Positions 30,147 to 39,758 of a stretch of 64,000 nt of DNA are shown here, in pieces. The notes beneath the pieces are model-generated. The model worked only from the letters and a program-made list of their open reading frames with translations. It was not told where the DNA came from and did no database searches. The number at the start of each line of letters is the position of its first letter. The stretch's first letter is position 1. The DNA is taken from contig NZ_BAABFP010000002.1 of NCBI RefSeq assembly GCF_039541115.1, positions 682,001-746,000 of the forward strand. The letters run 5' to 3'. This DNA comes from Angustibacter luteus. GTDB lineage: Bacteria; Actinomycetota; Actinomycetes; Actinomycetales; Angustibacteraceae. Position numbers and translations under genes: made by a program.

Positions 30147-30821
30147 GTGCGTGCGGTGAGCTCGTCACTAGAGGATCCGCTCGGCGTCCGAGGCGTGCGG
30201 CTCGCCTACGACGAGGTCGCGGAGTCCTACGCCGCCTACCTCCCGGACACCCGGGCCGAGGCCGCGCTCGACCTCGCCATGGTCGACGCCTTCGCCGAGG
30301 CCGTGGGCGCCGGGGACGACACACCGATCCTGGACGCCGGGTGCGGCGCCGGGCGGATGAGCCGCTACCTGGCCGCGCAGGGGTGCCGCGTCGAGGGCCT
30401 GGACCTGTCGCCGGCGATGGTCGCGGTCGCGCGCCGCCAGCAGCCCGGCGTGGTGTTCACCGAGGGCTCGCTGACCGCCCTGCCCTACCCCGACAACCGG
30501 TTCGCCGGCGTGCTGCTCTGGTACTCGCTCATCCACACCCCGCCGGCCGGCCAGGCCCGGATCTTCACCGAGGCGGCCCGGGTGCTGCGCCCCGGGGGCC
30601 ACCTGCTCGTCGGGTTCCAGACCGGCGAGGGGACGCGCGACGTGTCCGCGGCGTACCGGCGGTTCGGCCACGAGATCGAGCTGGAACGCCACTGCTACCC
30701 GGCCGACCAGGTCGCGGGACACCTCGAGGCCGCCGGCCTGCGGGAGTCGGCTCGCCTGGTGCGCACCGCCCAGGGAAACGAGCGGGACGGCCAGGCGGTC
30801 CTGCTGGCTCAGGCCCCGTGA
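30147..30821 (+). CDS. Class I SAM-dependent methyltransferase
   Basis: AYDEVAESY, ILDAGCGAG, GLDLSPAM, WYSLIH, RVLRPGG. Confidence 0.9.
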   Translation: MRAVSSSLEDPLGVRGVRLAYDEVAESYAAYLPDTRAEAALDLAMVDAFAEAVGAGDDTPILDAGCGAGRMSRYLAAQGCRVEGLDLSPAMVAVARRQQPGVVFTEGSLTALPYPDNRFAGVLLWYSLIHTPPAGQARIFTEAARVLRPGGHLLVGFQTGEGTRDVSAAYRRFGHEIELERHCYPADQVAGHLEAAGLRESARLVRTAQGNERDGQAVLLAQAP

Positions 30822-30852
30822 CCAGACGGCACCGGGGGATCGTGAACGAGCG

Positions 30853-32796
30853 TCAGGAGCCGTGCGCCGTACGGATCGTCGACCAGCCGTAGCGCACCTT
30901 GGTCGTCGTCGGCCGCAGGATCCGGAACTGGTACCGGGCGGGCATCTGCGCGCCCGCCTTGACCAGGAACACGACGCGGCCGTTCGAGGCGACGCGCGCC
31001 TTGGCCGTGTGCCACCCGATACCCCACCGGTAGTAGAGGGTCGCAGTCAGTCCCTTCTCGTACGGGGCGACGTCACCGATCACCCTGATCGTCTGGGACC
31101 GCTTGATCCTGCTCGGGGCGCTGGAGATGCGTGCGGTCCCGCCGACCGCCACGGTCAGGGACGGACCGGTCCCGGAGCCGGCACGGTGCGCGACCCCCGT
31201 GGTCACCACGCGGTAGGCACTGGTCGCGTAGCCCCGCAGCGGGAAGCTCACCGCGCCGGTGCTCGAGCTCGTCGTCCTGGCGATCGTGGTCCAGGTGCTG
31301 GTGCCGGCCACCCGGCGCTGCAGCTGGGACGGCAGTCCGGCCAACGGCTTGCCGTCGTTGCCGCGCACCGTCCCGCGCAGCGTGAACGTGGTCGCGTACC
31401 GGACCTGCGCGTGCGAGGTGAGGGTGGCCCGGGCGATCGGCAGGACGCGGAGGTCCGTCGCCAGGGTGTACTCCAGCTCCTGACTGGGGCGCACGGTCAG
31501 CACGAGGTGGTGCAGACCGGGTTCGGCCCAGCGGACGTCGGCACTCGCGGCCAGCTCGGCCGGGCAGTCGCCCAGGCAGGTCGAGTTGACGTAGCTGTTG
31601 AGGGTGTAGCCGTCGATCGTGAGGTCCCACGACTGGATCCCGCCGGCGGTGGAGGTGATCGCGGCGGCGACCGGCATCGCCGTCCCGGACACGACGTCGG
31701 CGGCCGGCGCCGTGGTCCACTGCACGGCGAAGGTCCGGACGATCGCGACGTCGTAGCTGAGGTCCTTGGTGACACCGTGGTTGTCCGTGACCGTGAAGGT
31801 CAGGGTGTGCGGCCCGTCCGGCAGGCGCCCGCCGAAGTCGACGTTGACCTGGCCGCCGACGGTCTCCCACTCGTCGTAGACCGTGGAGCTGATCGGGCTC
31901 CCGTCCACCGAGACGACGGCCCGAACCGGCCGCACGCCCTGCAGGGCCGAGGTGTAGGTCAGGGTGGTCCCGACCATCCCGTCGCTGATCGTCGTACCCA
32001 GGTCCGGCCCGGTCAGGGTGAACCCGTGCTGGACGGTCAGCGGCGCGACGAGCGGGACGGACTGCACGCCGCGGCTGTCGACCGCGAAGAGGTACAGCGT
32101 GCGCTCGCCCTCCGGGGAGGCGGCCGTGTCCAGCGTCAGGGTCCACGGCTCACCGGGCGCGGTCGGCGCGTCCCACAGCGTCCCGGTCTGCGGTGTGCCG
32201 TTCCAGACCGCCACGGTGGCGCCGTCCGCGCGAGCCTCGGCGGTGGCGTGCAGGGTCAGGGACTGGTCGGAGAGCAGGTGGTACTTGCCGTCGCCCCAGT
32301 CACCGGTCATCGCGGGCAGGTCGACGTGCAGGACGGGTCGCTGGTTGTCGAACACGACCGTCCTGGTGGCGATGACGTTCGCGGCGCCGTTGAGCCCGAA
32401 GACCGTCACCTGCACCGTGCCCGGGCCGTCGGCATCGAGGTCGTCGGGGAAGCCGAACGCCTTGACCGTGTCGAACGCGGCGCTGACCGTGCAGGTCACC
32501 TGGCACCGGGGGAACGTGGACACCTTCTTGCTGGCACCGCCGAGCCTGAGCCAGACGTCGCTGTCGTACGGCGGTTGGAGCTGCTCGATCTTGGCCGACA
32601 CGGTGACCGTTCCGGACACGACGGCGTCGGCGGTCGGGCTGAGGATCGTGATGGTCGGCGGGGTCGGCGGGGCGTCGGCGGGATCAGCCGGGTCAGCGGT
32701 CGCCGACCCGGCACCGCTGACCAGCAGGCCCAGCGCCGCCACGGCGACCAGCAGCGCGCGCGCCCCCCGGCGGCGCGTCGAATGACGCGATCCCAT
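30853..32796 (-). CDS. Secreted/surface protein with Ig-like (Big-type) beta domains
   Basis: Signal peptide ending ATA-DP; Thr/Val-rich beta repeats (LDT..SPEGERTL, LPDGPHTLTFTVTDNHG); basic C-terminal module LQRRVAGTSTWTTI. Confidence 0.7.
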   Translation of the reverse strand: MGSRHSTRRRGARALLVAVAALGLLVSGAGSATADPADPADAPPTPPTITILSPTADAVVSGTVTVSAKIEQLQPPYDSDVWLRLGGASKKVSTFPRCQVTCTVSAAFDTVKAFGFPDDLDADGPGTVQVTVFGLNGAANVIATRTVVFDNQRPVLHVDLPAMTGDWGDGKYHLLSDQSLTLHATAEARADGATVAVWNGTPQTGTLWDAPTAPGEPWTLTLDTAASPEGERTLYLFAVDSRGVQSVPLVAPLTVQHGFTLTGPDLGTTISDGMVGTTLTYTSALQGVRPVRAVVSVDGSPISSTVYDEWETVGGQVNVDFGGRLPDGPHTLTFTVTDNHGVTKDLSYDVAIVRTFAVQWTTAPAADVVSGTAMPVAAAITSTAGGIQSWDLTIDGYTLNSYVNSTCLGDCPAELAASADVRWAEPGLHHLVLTVRPSQELEYTLATDLRVLPIARATLTSHAQVRYATTFTLRGTVRGNDGKPLAGLPSQLQRRVAGTSTWTTIARTTSSSTGAVSFPLRGYATSAYRVVTTGVAHRAGSGTGPSLTVAVGGTARISSAPSRIKRSQTIRVIGDVAPYEKGLTATLYYRWGIGWHTAKARVASNGRVVFLVKAGAQMPARYQFRILRPTTTKVRYGWSTIRTAHGS

Positions 32797-33034
32797 GCAT
32801 TCTCCTCGACGGGCGGCCCGACCGGCTTGATGGTCGACGCGTCATTGTGCACGCAACAGGGGCGTGCCGTCCGACAAACACGGCCGCCGCTCGGCCAGTC
32901 GGTGTGCGCCGGCTCGGCGGGCCTGGCAGGGTCGTCCGATGCTGAGTCAGGTGGCCGACGGGGTCTGCGTCCAGTCGAATCCGGAGCCGACCCGACGCAC
33001 GGACGGTGGGGCGGCGCGGAAGGGCGACTCCTGA

Positions 33035-34147
33035 ATGGTCAACATCGTGCTGGCGGGCGGGATCTCGCTGGTGGTGTCGCTGCTCGGGACGCCACTGTTC
33101 ACGCGGTTCCTGGTGCGACGAGGTTACGGCCAGTTCATCCGGGACGACCTGACCCAGCACCACTTCAAGCGAGGCAAGCCGACCATGGGCGGCGCCGTCA
33201 TCATCGGTGCCGCTCTGGTCGGCTACGTCGGCTCGCACCTGGTCCTGATGGCGGTGGGTGCCGGCGGCGCCCTGGCGGTCGCGCCCGGCCGGTTCAGCCT
33301 CGGCGCCCTGCTGGTCCTGCTGCTGCTGGTCGGGATGGGCATCGTGGGCTTCCTGGACGACTACACGAAGATCTCGAAGGCCCGCAGCCTCGGTCTGACC
33401 TCCAAGCAGAAGCTGCTGGGCCAGGCCGTCGTCACCCTGGCCTTCGCGCTGCCCGCGCTGCTCGCCGAGGACGACGCCGGCCGCGCCCCGGCCTCGGCGG
33501 CGATCTCGTTCGTCCGGGACACCCCCCTCGATCTCGCCGCCGCCGGGCCGGTCCTCGGTGTCCTCCTCTTCCTCCTGTGGGCGAACCTGCTGGTCGCCGG
33601 GGCGTCGAACGGTGTCAACGTCACCGACGGCCTGGACGGCCTCGCCACCGGAGCGTGCGTGATGGTCTTCAGCGCGTACACCGGCATCAGCCTGTGGCAG
33701 TACAACCAGAGCTGCACGGCCGCGGCCGCGCCCACGTGCTACGACGTGCGGGACCCGCTGGACCTCGCCGTCGTCGCCTGCGCCATCGCGGGCGCCTGCT
33801 TCGGGTTCCTGTGGTGGAACGCCTCGCCGGCGAGCATCATCATGGGCGACACGGGATCGCTCTCCCTCGGCGCAGCACTGGCCGGCCTGGCCATCCTGAC
33901 TCGCACCGAGCTGTTGCTCGTGGTGCTCGGCGGGCTCTTCGTGATCGTCACGATGTCCGTGGTCATCCAGGTCGCCAGCTTCAAGCTGACCGGCCGGCGG
34001 GTGTTCCGGATGGCGCCGCTGCACCACCACTTCGAGCTGCTCGGGTGGGCTGAGATCACCATCGTCATCCGGTTCTGGATCATCGCCGGGATCTGCGCGA
34101 TGGCCGGCCTGGGCCTGTTCTACGCGGAGTGGCTCACCGGGCTGTGA
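33035..34147 (+). CDS. mraY: Phospho-N-acetylmuramoyl-pentapeptide transferase, stand-alone copy
   Basis: KRGKPTMGG, GFLDDY, NGVNVTDGLDGLA, WNASPASIIMGDTGS, MAPLHHHFEL. Confidence 0.95.
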   Translation: MVNIVLAGGISLVVSLLGTPLFTRFLVRRGYGQFIRDDLTQHHFKRGKPTMGGAVIIGAALVGYVGSHLVLMAVGAGGALAVAPGRFSLGALLVLLLLVGMGIVGFLDDYTKISKARSLGLTSKQKLLGQAVVTLAFALPALLAEDDAGRAPASAAISFVRDTPLDLAAAGPVLGVLLFLLWANLLVAGASNGVNVTDGLDGLATGACVMVFSAYTGISLWQYNQSCTAAAAPTCYDVRDPLDLAVVACAIAGACFGFLWWNASPASIIMGDTGSLSLGAALAGLAILTRTELLLVVLGGLFVIVTMSVVIQVASFKLTGRRVFRMAPLHHHFELLGWAEITIVIRFWIIAGICAMAGLGLFYAEWLTGL

Positions 34148-34168
34148 GCCTGGCTGCCCTCGCCGGCA

Positions 34169-35185
34169 TCAGACCCGGCGTTGGTACATGGGGCAGATCT
34201 CCCGGACCCGGAAACCCAAGGTCTCGTTGATCGCGACCATCCACGCGTTGGCGTCGGCGTTGCCCGTCACCACGAACTCGCGGGTGGGGTGCTCGGCCTG
34301 CAGGCGACGCAGGTTCTCGACCTTCACCGCCAGCCCGAGGCGGTGGCCACGGTGCTCGGCCCGCACCAGCGTCCCCCACTGCCAGACGCTGCGCGTGGAA
34401 CCGCCGGCGATGACCAGGTCGGTGTAGGCGACGACCTGGCCGGTCGTCGGGTCGACCGCCACGGTGGTGAACCGGCGGGTGCCCTGGTCGCGCTCGAGCT
34501 GGAGCTCCGCCTGGTACCGCTCGGGGTCCAAGGACTCCGGCTCGAAGTCGATGTCCCCCGTCGGCGCCTCGGCGTCCACCAGGTTCGACGCCTCGCACAA
34601 CGACGGCTGCAGGTGCCCCGGGACGCCGTCGAGATAGGTGGCCAGCTCGTACCGGCCGGCCCAGCCGCCGCGGGCCAGCTCCGCCAGCTCGTCGAGGCGC
34701 TCCGTCGGGACCGGTAGCGGCAGGCTCCGCATCGAGTCCTGGCTGGCCTCCTCGAAGCCGTGCTTCGCGGCGAACCGGCGGTACGGGTGCTCCGGGGTCG
34801 AGTCAGCCGGGGCCAGCAGGTCGCCGATGATCTCGCTGCGCGAGCGCGCCCTCGCGACGTCCACCACCTGCTGCACGAGCGCGGAGCCCGCGCCGGCGCG
34901 CCGGTGGTCCGGGTGCACGTGGATCTCCGTGTGGATCTTGGAGGTGTTGTCGTGCAACGGGATCCAGATCATCGCGAACCCGACCAGGGCGTCCCCGTCG
35001 TACGCCCCCCACACCTCGTGGTCCTCGCCGCTGTCCCGGAACCGGCGCTCCAGCGCCCAGGTGCCGTAGGACTGGGCGTCGTTCCACGGTCGCTCGAACG
35101 ACCGGCTGGCCACCCACACGGCGTGCGCCTGGGTCAGCACCGCGTCGTCGCCGACGTCCACCTGTCGCACCTGCACGGCGTCCAC
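34169..35185 (-). CDS. Tandem GNAT acetyltransferase
   Basis: VHPDHRRAGAG and VRAEHRGHRLG acetyl-CoA motifs; NAWMVAINETLGF. Confidence 0.88.
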   Translation of the reverse strand: MDAVQVRQVDVGDDAVLTQAHAVWVASRSFERPWNDAQSYGTWALERRFRDSGEDHEVWGAYDGDALVGFAMIWIPLHDNTSKIHTEIHVHPDHRRAGAGSALVQQVVDVARARSRSEIIGDLLAPADSTPEHPYRRFAAKHGFEEASQDSMRSLPLPVPTERLDELAELARGGWAGRYELATYLDGVPGHLQPSLCEASNLVDAEAPTGDIDFEPESLDPERYQAELQLERDQGTRRFTTVAVDPTTGQVVAYTDLVIAGGSTRSVWQWGTLVRAEHRGHRLGLAVKVENLRRLQAEHPTREFVVTGNADANAWMVAINETLGFRVREICPMYQRRV

Positions 35186-35256
35186 GCTAGGGCGACGGGC
35201 CCGGACGCCGCGAACGATTTACCGACCGGCGGGGACGACGTGGGTAGGGTGCCAGC

Positions 35257-36948
35257 GTGACTGCGCCCACCACCGACAACGCCCGCCAGCGCACCGCCGT
35301 CGACGAGATCGCGGACGCCCACCTGGACGCCGAGATCGCCGTCGACCCGATCGCGGCGACCTACCTCGGCGTCGCCGGGTACGAGACCGAGCTGACGGAC
35401 TACTCCCCCAGCGGACACCAGGAACGGCGCGAGGTCGGCCTGCGCACGCTGCGCGCCCTGGACGACGTCCAGCCGGTCGACGACGTGGACCGGGTCACCA
35501 TCGCGGCCATGCGCGAGCGCCTCGGGCTCGCCGAGGAGCTGTACGCCATCCAGGCGGACGACCACGACGTGAACGTCCTGGCCAGCCCGCTGCAGTCGAT
35601 CCGCTCGGTGTACGACCTGATGCACAAGGACTCGCCGGACGACTGGGCCACCATCGCCACCCGGCTGACCAGGACGCCGGAGGCGATGGCGGGCTACGTG
35701 GCGTCGCTGCGCGAGGGCATCGCGCGCGGGGTGACGCCGCCGCGGCGCCAGGTCGAGCAGTGCGCGGTGCAGGCCGACAAGCACGGCAGCGCGGACGGCT
35801 TCTTCGCCGAGCTCGCCTCCGGCGCGCGCGCCGGCGACACCGACCTGCCGTCGTCCGTCGCGGCCGAGCTCGGCCGAGCCGCCGCGGTCGCCGCGCACTC
35901 CTACACCGAGCTCGCCACCTTCCTGCGCGAGGAGCTGCTGCCGGTGGCCCGCGAGGCCGACGCGGTCGGCCGCGAGGAGTACGCGCTGCGCTCGCGGTAC
36001 TTCCTGGGCGCGACCGTCGACCTCGACGAGACCTACGAGTGGGGTCGCGCCGAGCTTGCCCGGATCGAGGCCGAGATGCGTGTGGTGGCCGAGCAGATCA
36101 AGCCCGGAGCCACCCCGGACGAGGCGATGCAGGCCCTGGACGACGACCCCGCCCGCCAGCTCGAGGGCACCGACGGCCTGCAGGCCTGGATGCAGCAGCT
36201 CAGCGACGCCGCGGTCGACGCCATGGCCGGCACCCACTTCGACATCCCGGAGCCGGTGCGCCGGCTCGAGTGCTGCATCGCGCCCACCCACGAGGGCGGC
36301 ATCTACTACACGGGGCCGAGCGAGGACTTCAGCCGCCCCGGGCGCATGTGGTGGTCGGTACCGGACGACGTGACGACCTTCGGCACCTGGCGCGAGACCA
36401 CGACCGTCTACCACGAAGGGGTTCCGGGACACCACCTCCAGGTCGCGCAGACCGTGTACCGGTCGGCGCTGCTGAACCGTTGGCGCCGGCTCGGCTGCTG
36501 GGTCAGCGGGCACGGCGAGGGCTGGGCGCTGTACGCCGAGCGGCTGATGGCCGACCTGGGCTTCCTGGACGACCCGGGCGACCGGATGGGCATGCTGGAC
36601 GGGCAGCGGATGCGCGCGGCCCGGGTGGTGCTGGACATCGGGGTGCACTGCGAGCTGGCCGCGCCGGCCGAGCTCGGCGGAGGTACCTGGGACGCCGCCA
36701 AGGCGTGGGAGTTCTTCCGGCACAAGGCGAACATGGCCGAGTCGATCCTGCGCTTCGAGGTGGACCGCTACCTCGGCTGGCCGGGTCAGGCCCCGTCGTA
36801 CAAGGTCGGCGAGCGCCTGTGGCTGGACGTCCGCGACCAGGTCCGGGCCCGGGAGGGCGCCGACTTCGACCTGGCCCGGTTCCACCGCCGTGCCCTGGAC
36901 CTCGGCTCGGTCGGTCTCGACGTCCTGCACGGGGCGCTCCTGCCGTGA
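35257..36948 (+). CDS. DUF885 family protein (putative metallopeptidase-like)
   Basis: YHEGVPGHHLQ, EGWALYAE, EVDRYLGWPGQAPSYKVG. Confidence 0.92.
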   Translation: MTAPTTDNARQRTAVDEIADAHLDAEIAVDPIAATYLGVAGYETELTDYSPSGHQERREVGLRTLRALDDVQPVDDVDRVTIAAMRERLGLAEELYAIQADDHDVNVLASPLQSIRSVYDLMHKDSPDDWATIATRLTRTPEAMAGYVASLREGIARGVTPPRRQVEQCAVQADKHGSADGFFAELASGARAGDTDLPSSVAAELGRAAAVAAHSYTELATFLREELLPVAREADAVGREEYALRSRYFLGATVDLDETYEWGRAELARIEAEMRVVAEQIKPGATPDEAMQALDDDPARQLEGTDGLQAWMQQLSDAAVDAMAGTHFDIPEPVRRLECCIAPTHEGGIYYTGPSEDFSRPGRMWWSVPDDVTTFGTWRETTTVYHEGVPGHHLQVAQTVYRSALLNRWRRLGCWVSGHGEGWALYAERLMADLGFLDDPGDRMGMLDGQRMRAARVVLDIGVHCELAAPAELGGGTWDAAKAWEFFRHKANMAESILRFEVDRYLGWPGQAPSYKVGERLWLDVRDQVRAREGADFDLARFHRRALDLGSVGLDVLHGALLP

Positions 36949-37592
36949 CCGGTCCGCGCCTGGTCCTCGCCTCCGCGTCCCCCGCACGCCTGCGCACCTT
37001 GCGATCGGCGGGGCTGGACCCCGTCGTGCAGGTCTCGGACGTCGACGAGGACGCCCGACTGGTCGCGGCGCAGGAGGTCTACGGCCAGCTCGAGCCGGAC
37101 CAGGTCGCGCTCGTGCTGGCCCGGGCCAAGGCCGAGGCGGTCGCCGACACCCTGGACGACGGGCTGGTGCTGGGCTGCGACTCGGTGCTGGAGCTGGACG
37201 GCGAGACGCACGGGAAGCCGGCCGACGCGGCGGCCGCGGCCCAGCGGTGGCGGCGGATGCGCGGCCGCTCCGGGGTGCTGCACACCGGGCACTGGCTGGT
37301 GGACCTGCGCGACGACGCCGACGGCGGCAGCGGCGCGACGCTCGGTGCGGTGTCGTCGACCACGGTGCACTTCGCCGACGTCAGCGACGAGGAGATCGAC
37401 GCCTACGTCGCCACCGGTGAGCCGCTGGCCGTGGCCGGCGCGTTCACCACGGACGGGCTGGGCGGAGCCTTCGTGCGCGGCATCGAGGGGGACCACCACA
37501 CGGTGGTCGGCGTGAGCCTGCCGGTGCTGCGCGAGCTGCTGGCCGAGTGCGGCGTGCGGTGGACCGACCTGTGGAGCCGGCCGGCGACCTGA
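36945..37592 (+). CDS. maf: Maf-family nucleoside triphosphate pyrophosphatase
   Basis: LVLASASPAR, VLGCDS, HGKP, YVATGEP..VAGAF, VVGVSLP. Confidence 0.93.
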   Translation: MTGPRLVLASASPARLRTLRSAGLDPVVQVSDVDEDARLVAAQEVYGQLEPDQVALVLARAKAEAVADTLDDGLVLGCDSVLELDGETHGKPADAAAAAQRWRRMRGRSGVLHTGHWLVDLRDDADGGSGATLGAVSSTTVHFADVSDEEIDAYVATGEPLAVAGAFTTDGLGGAFVRGIEGDHHTVVGVSLPVLRELLAECGVRWTDLWSRPAT

Positions 37593-37622
37593 CCGAGATT
37601 TGACGCGGGGCGAACGAGAGGG

Positions 37623-37641
37623 TTAGGTGAGGCTAACCTTC
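37623..37641 (+). promoter_or_regulatory. DtxR/IdeR/DmdR iron box overlapping the efeUOB promoter
   Basis: TTAGGTGAGGCTAACCTTC vs consensus TTAGGTTAGCCTAACCTAA; TTGACG -35-like at 37600-37605; directly upstream of iron uptake genes. Confidence 0.85.
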
Positions 37642-37659
37642 AACGTTCAAGGAGTATGC

Positions 37660-38511
37660 GTGCTGCCCACCTTCGTGATCGGGCTGCGCGAGGGACTCGA
37701 AGCAGCCCTGATCGTCGGGATCATCGCCGCCTTCCTCGCCGGCCAGGGACGTCGCGACGCCCTCCGCCAGGTGTGGATCGGCGTCGGCACCGCCATCGTC
37801 ATCTGCCTGGGCGTCGGGTTCGGGCTGAACGCGCTCGAGCGGAGCCTGCCGCAGCGCCAGCAGGAGCAGCTCGAGACCGTGATCGGCCTCATCGCGGTGG
37901 GCATGGTCACCTGGATGATCTTCTGGATGCGCAAGAACGCGCGCCACCTGAAGAAGGACCTTGAGGGGGCCGCCGGCGCGGCGCTCGCCAACGGCTCGGC
38001 CCGGGCGCTCGTCCTGATGGCCTTCCTCGCGGTGTTCCGGGAGGGCTTCGAGACCGCCGTCTTCCTGCTCTCGGTGTTCCAGAGCAGCACGAACGCCGTC
38101 ACCGCCTCGCTCGGCGCGCTGCTCGGCATCCTGCTCGCGTCCGTGCTCGGCTACGGCATCTACCGCGGCGGCGTGCGGATCAACCTGCAGAGGTTCTTCA
38201 CCGTCACCGGCTCCGTGCTCGTCGTCGTGGCCGGCGGCCTGCTGATGACCGCCGCGCACACCGCCCACGAGGCCGGCTGGCTGGACATCGGCCAGGGCAC
38301 GGTCGCGGACCTCACCTGGCTGGTCACCCCCGGGACGGCGCAGGCTGCGCTGATCACCGGCGTCCTGGGCATCCAGCCGCAGCCCACCGTCGCCGAGGTG
38401 ACCGTCTGGGTGCTCTACGTCGTCCCGATGCTGTTCGTCGTCCTCTGGAAGCCGCGGCGCAAGCCCGCCGCCAAGCCTGCTGACGAGGCTGTCAGCAAGG
38501 CCACCGCCTGA
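37660..38511 (+). CDS. efeU: FTR1-family iron permease
   Basis: Two RExxE motifs (LREGLE, FREGFE); AAGGAG RBS before GTG. Confidence 0.93.
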   Translation: MLPTFVIGLREGLEAALIVGIIAAFLAGQGRRDALRQVWIGVGTAIVICLGVGFGLNALERSLPQRQQEQLETVIGLIAVGMVTWMIFWMRKNARHLKKDLEGAAGAALANGSARALVLMAFLAVFREGFETAVFLLSVFQSSTNAVTASLGALLGILLASVLGYGIYRGGVRINLQRFFTVTGSVLVVVAGGLLMTAAHTAHEAGWLDIGQGTVADLTWLVTPGTAQAALITGVLGIQPQPTVAEVTVWVLYVVPMLFVVLWKPRRKPAAKPADEAVSKATA

Positions 38512-38523
38512 CCCTGCCCTCGT

Positions 38524-38565
38524 CGATCCCGCACCGATCCCGCACCGATCCCGCACCGATCCCGC
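38524..38565 (+). repeat. 11-bp tandem repeat (CGATCCCGCAC x3 plus 9-bp partial) between efeU and efeO
   Basis: Read directly: cgatcccgcac cgatcccgcac cgatcccgcac cgatcccgc. Confidence 0.9.
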
Positions 38566-38602
38566 TGATCCACCCCACACGTCACCCGAGAGGTACCAAG
38601 AC

Positions 38603-39733
38603 ATGACCGCCGCACGCCTCACGACGGCAACCGTCGCCGCCGCAGCAGCCGCCTGCCTGATCCTGACCGGCTGCAGCAACTCCGACGACGCGGCGAGCGC
38701 CGGCGCCAAGAAGATCGCGGTCAAGGTGACGGACCAGGGCTGCGCGGCCGAGCCCGCGACCGCCGAGGCCGGCGCGCTCACCTTCGAGGTGACCAACACG
38801 GACGCCAAGCGGGTGACCGAAGCCGAGGTGCTGAAGGACGGCAAGATCCTCGGCGAGAAGGAGAACCTCACGCCCGGCCTGTCCGGGACGTTCACGCTGC
38901 GCCTCGAGCCGGGCGAGTACGTGGTGCTCTGCCCGAACGCCGCGACCGACCAGTCGCCGTTCACCGTGACCGCGGCCAAGGGTGCGACTGCCGCCGCGTC
39001 GGTGGACGCCGACCTGGCCAGCAGCGTCGCGACGTACAAGGCGTACCTCGAGGACCAGACCGCGCAGCTCACCGCGCAGACCGAGAAGTTCGTCGCGGCC
39101 GTCAAGGCCGGGGACGTCGCCAAGGCCAAGGCGCTGTTCGCACCCACCCGTGCGTACTACGAGCGGATCGAGCCGGTCGCCGAGAGCTTCGGTGACCTGG
39201 ACCCGCAGATCGACGCCCGGGTCAACGACGTGGACCCCGGTGACGAGTGGACCGGCTTCCACAAGCTGGAGAAGGCGCTGTGGGCGGACGGCTCGCTCGA
39301 CGGCACCGGTCCGGTGGCCGACAAGCTGCTGACCGACGTGAAGGACCTCGAGTCCAAGGTCACGACCGTCGAGCTCGCTCCTGAGCAGATCGCCAACGGC
39401 GCCGTCGGCCTGCTCGACGAGGTGGCCAAGAGCAAGATCACCGGCGAGGAGGACCGCTACAGCCACACCGACCTGTGGGACTTCGCGGCCAACGTCGCCG
39501 GCGCGCGGGAGGCGGTCGACGTCCTGGCGCCGACGCTGCGCGCGAAGGACGCCGCGCTGCTCACCACGATCAACGGCCAGTTCAAGGACGTCCTGGCCTC
39601 GCTGTCGCAGTACCAGACGGCGGACGGCTACGAGGACTACTCGGCCGTCACGGACGACCAGCGCCGCACGATGACCACGCAGGTCAACGCGCTCGCCGAG
39701 TCCCTGAGCAAGGTCGCCCCGCTCATCGCGTGA
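38603..39733 (+). CDS. efeO: Iron uptake lipoprotein (cupredoxin + M75 domain)
   Basis: Lipobox LTGC, YERIEPVAESFGDLD, WTGFHKLEK, GEEDRYSHTDL. Confidence 0.93.
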   Translation: MTAARLTTATVAAAAAACLILTGCSNSDDAASAGAKKIAVKVTDQGCAAEPATAEAGALTFEVTNTDAKRVTEAEVLKDGKILGEKENLTPGLSGTFTLRLEPGEYVVLCPNAATDQSPFTVTAAKGATAAASVDADLASSVATYKAYLEDQTAQLTAQTEKFVAAVKAGDVAKAKALFAPTRAYYERIEPVAESFGDLDPQIDARVNDVDPGDEWTGFHKLEKALWADGSLDGTGPVADKLLTDVKDLESKVTTVELAPEQIANGAVGLLDEVAKSKITGEEDRYSHTDLWDFAANVAGAREAVDVLAPTLRAKDAALLTTINGQFKDVLASLSQYQTADGYEDYSAVTDDQRRTMTTQVNALAESLSKVAPLIA

Positions 39734-39758
39734 GCGAGACGCGGAGCTGGAGGAAACC

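Noticed and set aside
32800..33034. Riboswitch or structured leader upstream of mraY
   Set aside because: Only short GC-rich pairings expected by chance; no recognisable Rfam motif by eye.
30862..34053. Very long alternative ORFs (1063 aa here; also 13015-16299, 21895-24132, 38582-40549)
   Set aside because: Antisense or shifted-frame shadows of real genes, expected at this GC content; Arg/Gly/Pro-rich with no recognisable motifs.
37607..37616. GGGGCGAACG match to family A right arm in the efeU promoter
   Set aside because: Only 10 bp, GC-rich, no partner arm; plausible by chance.
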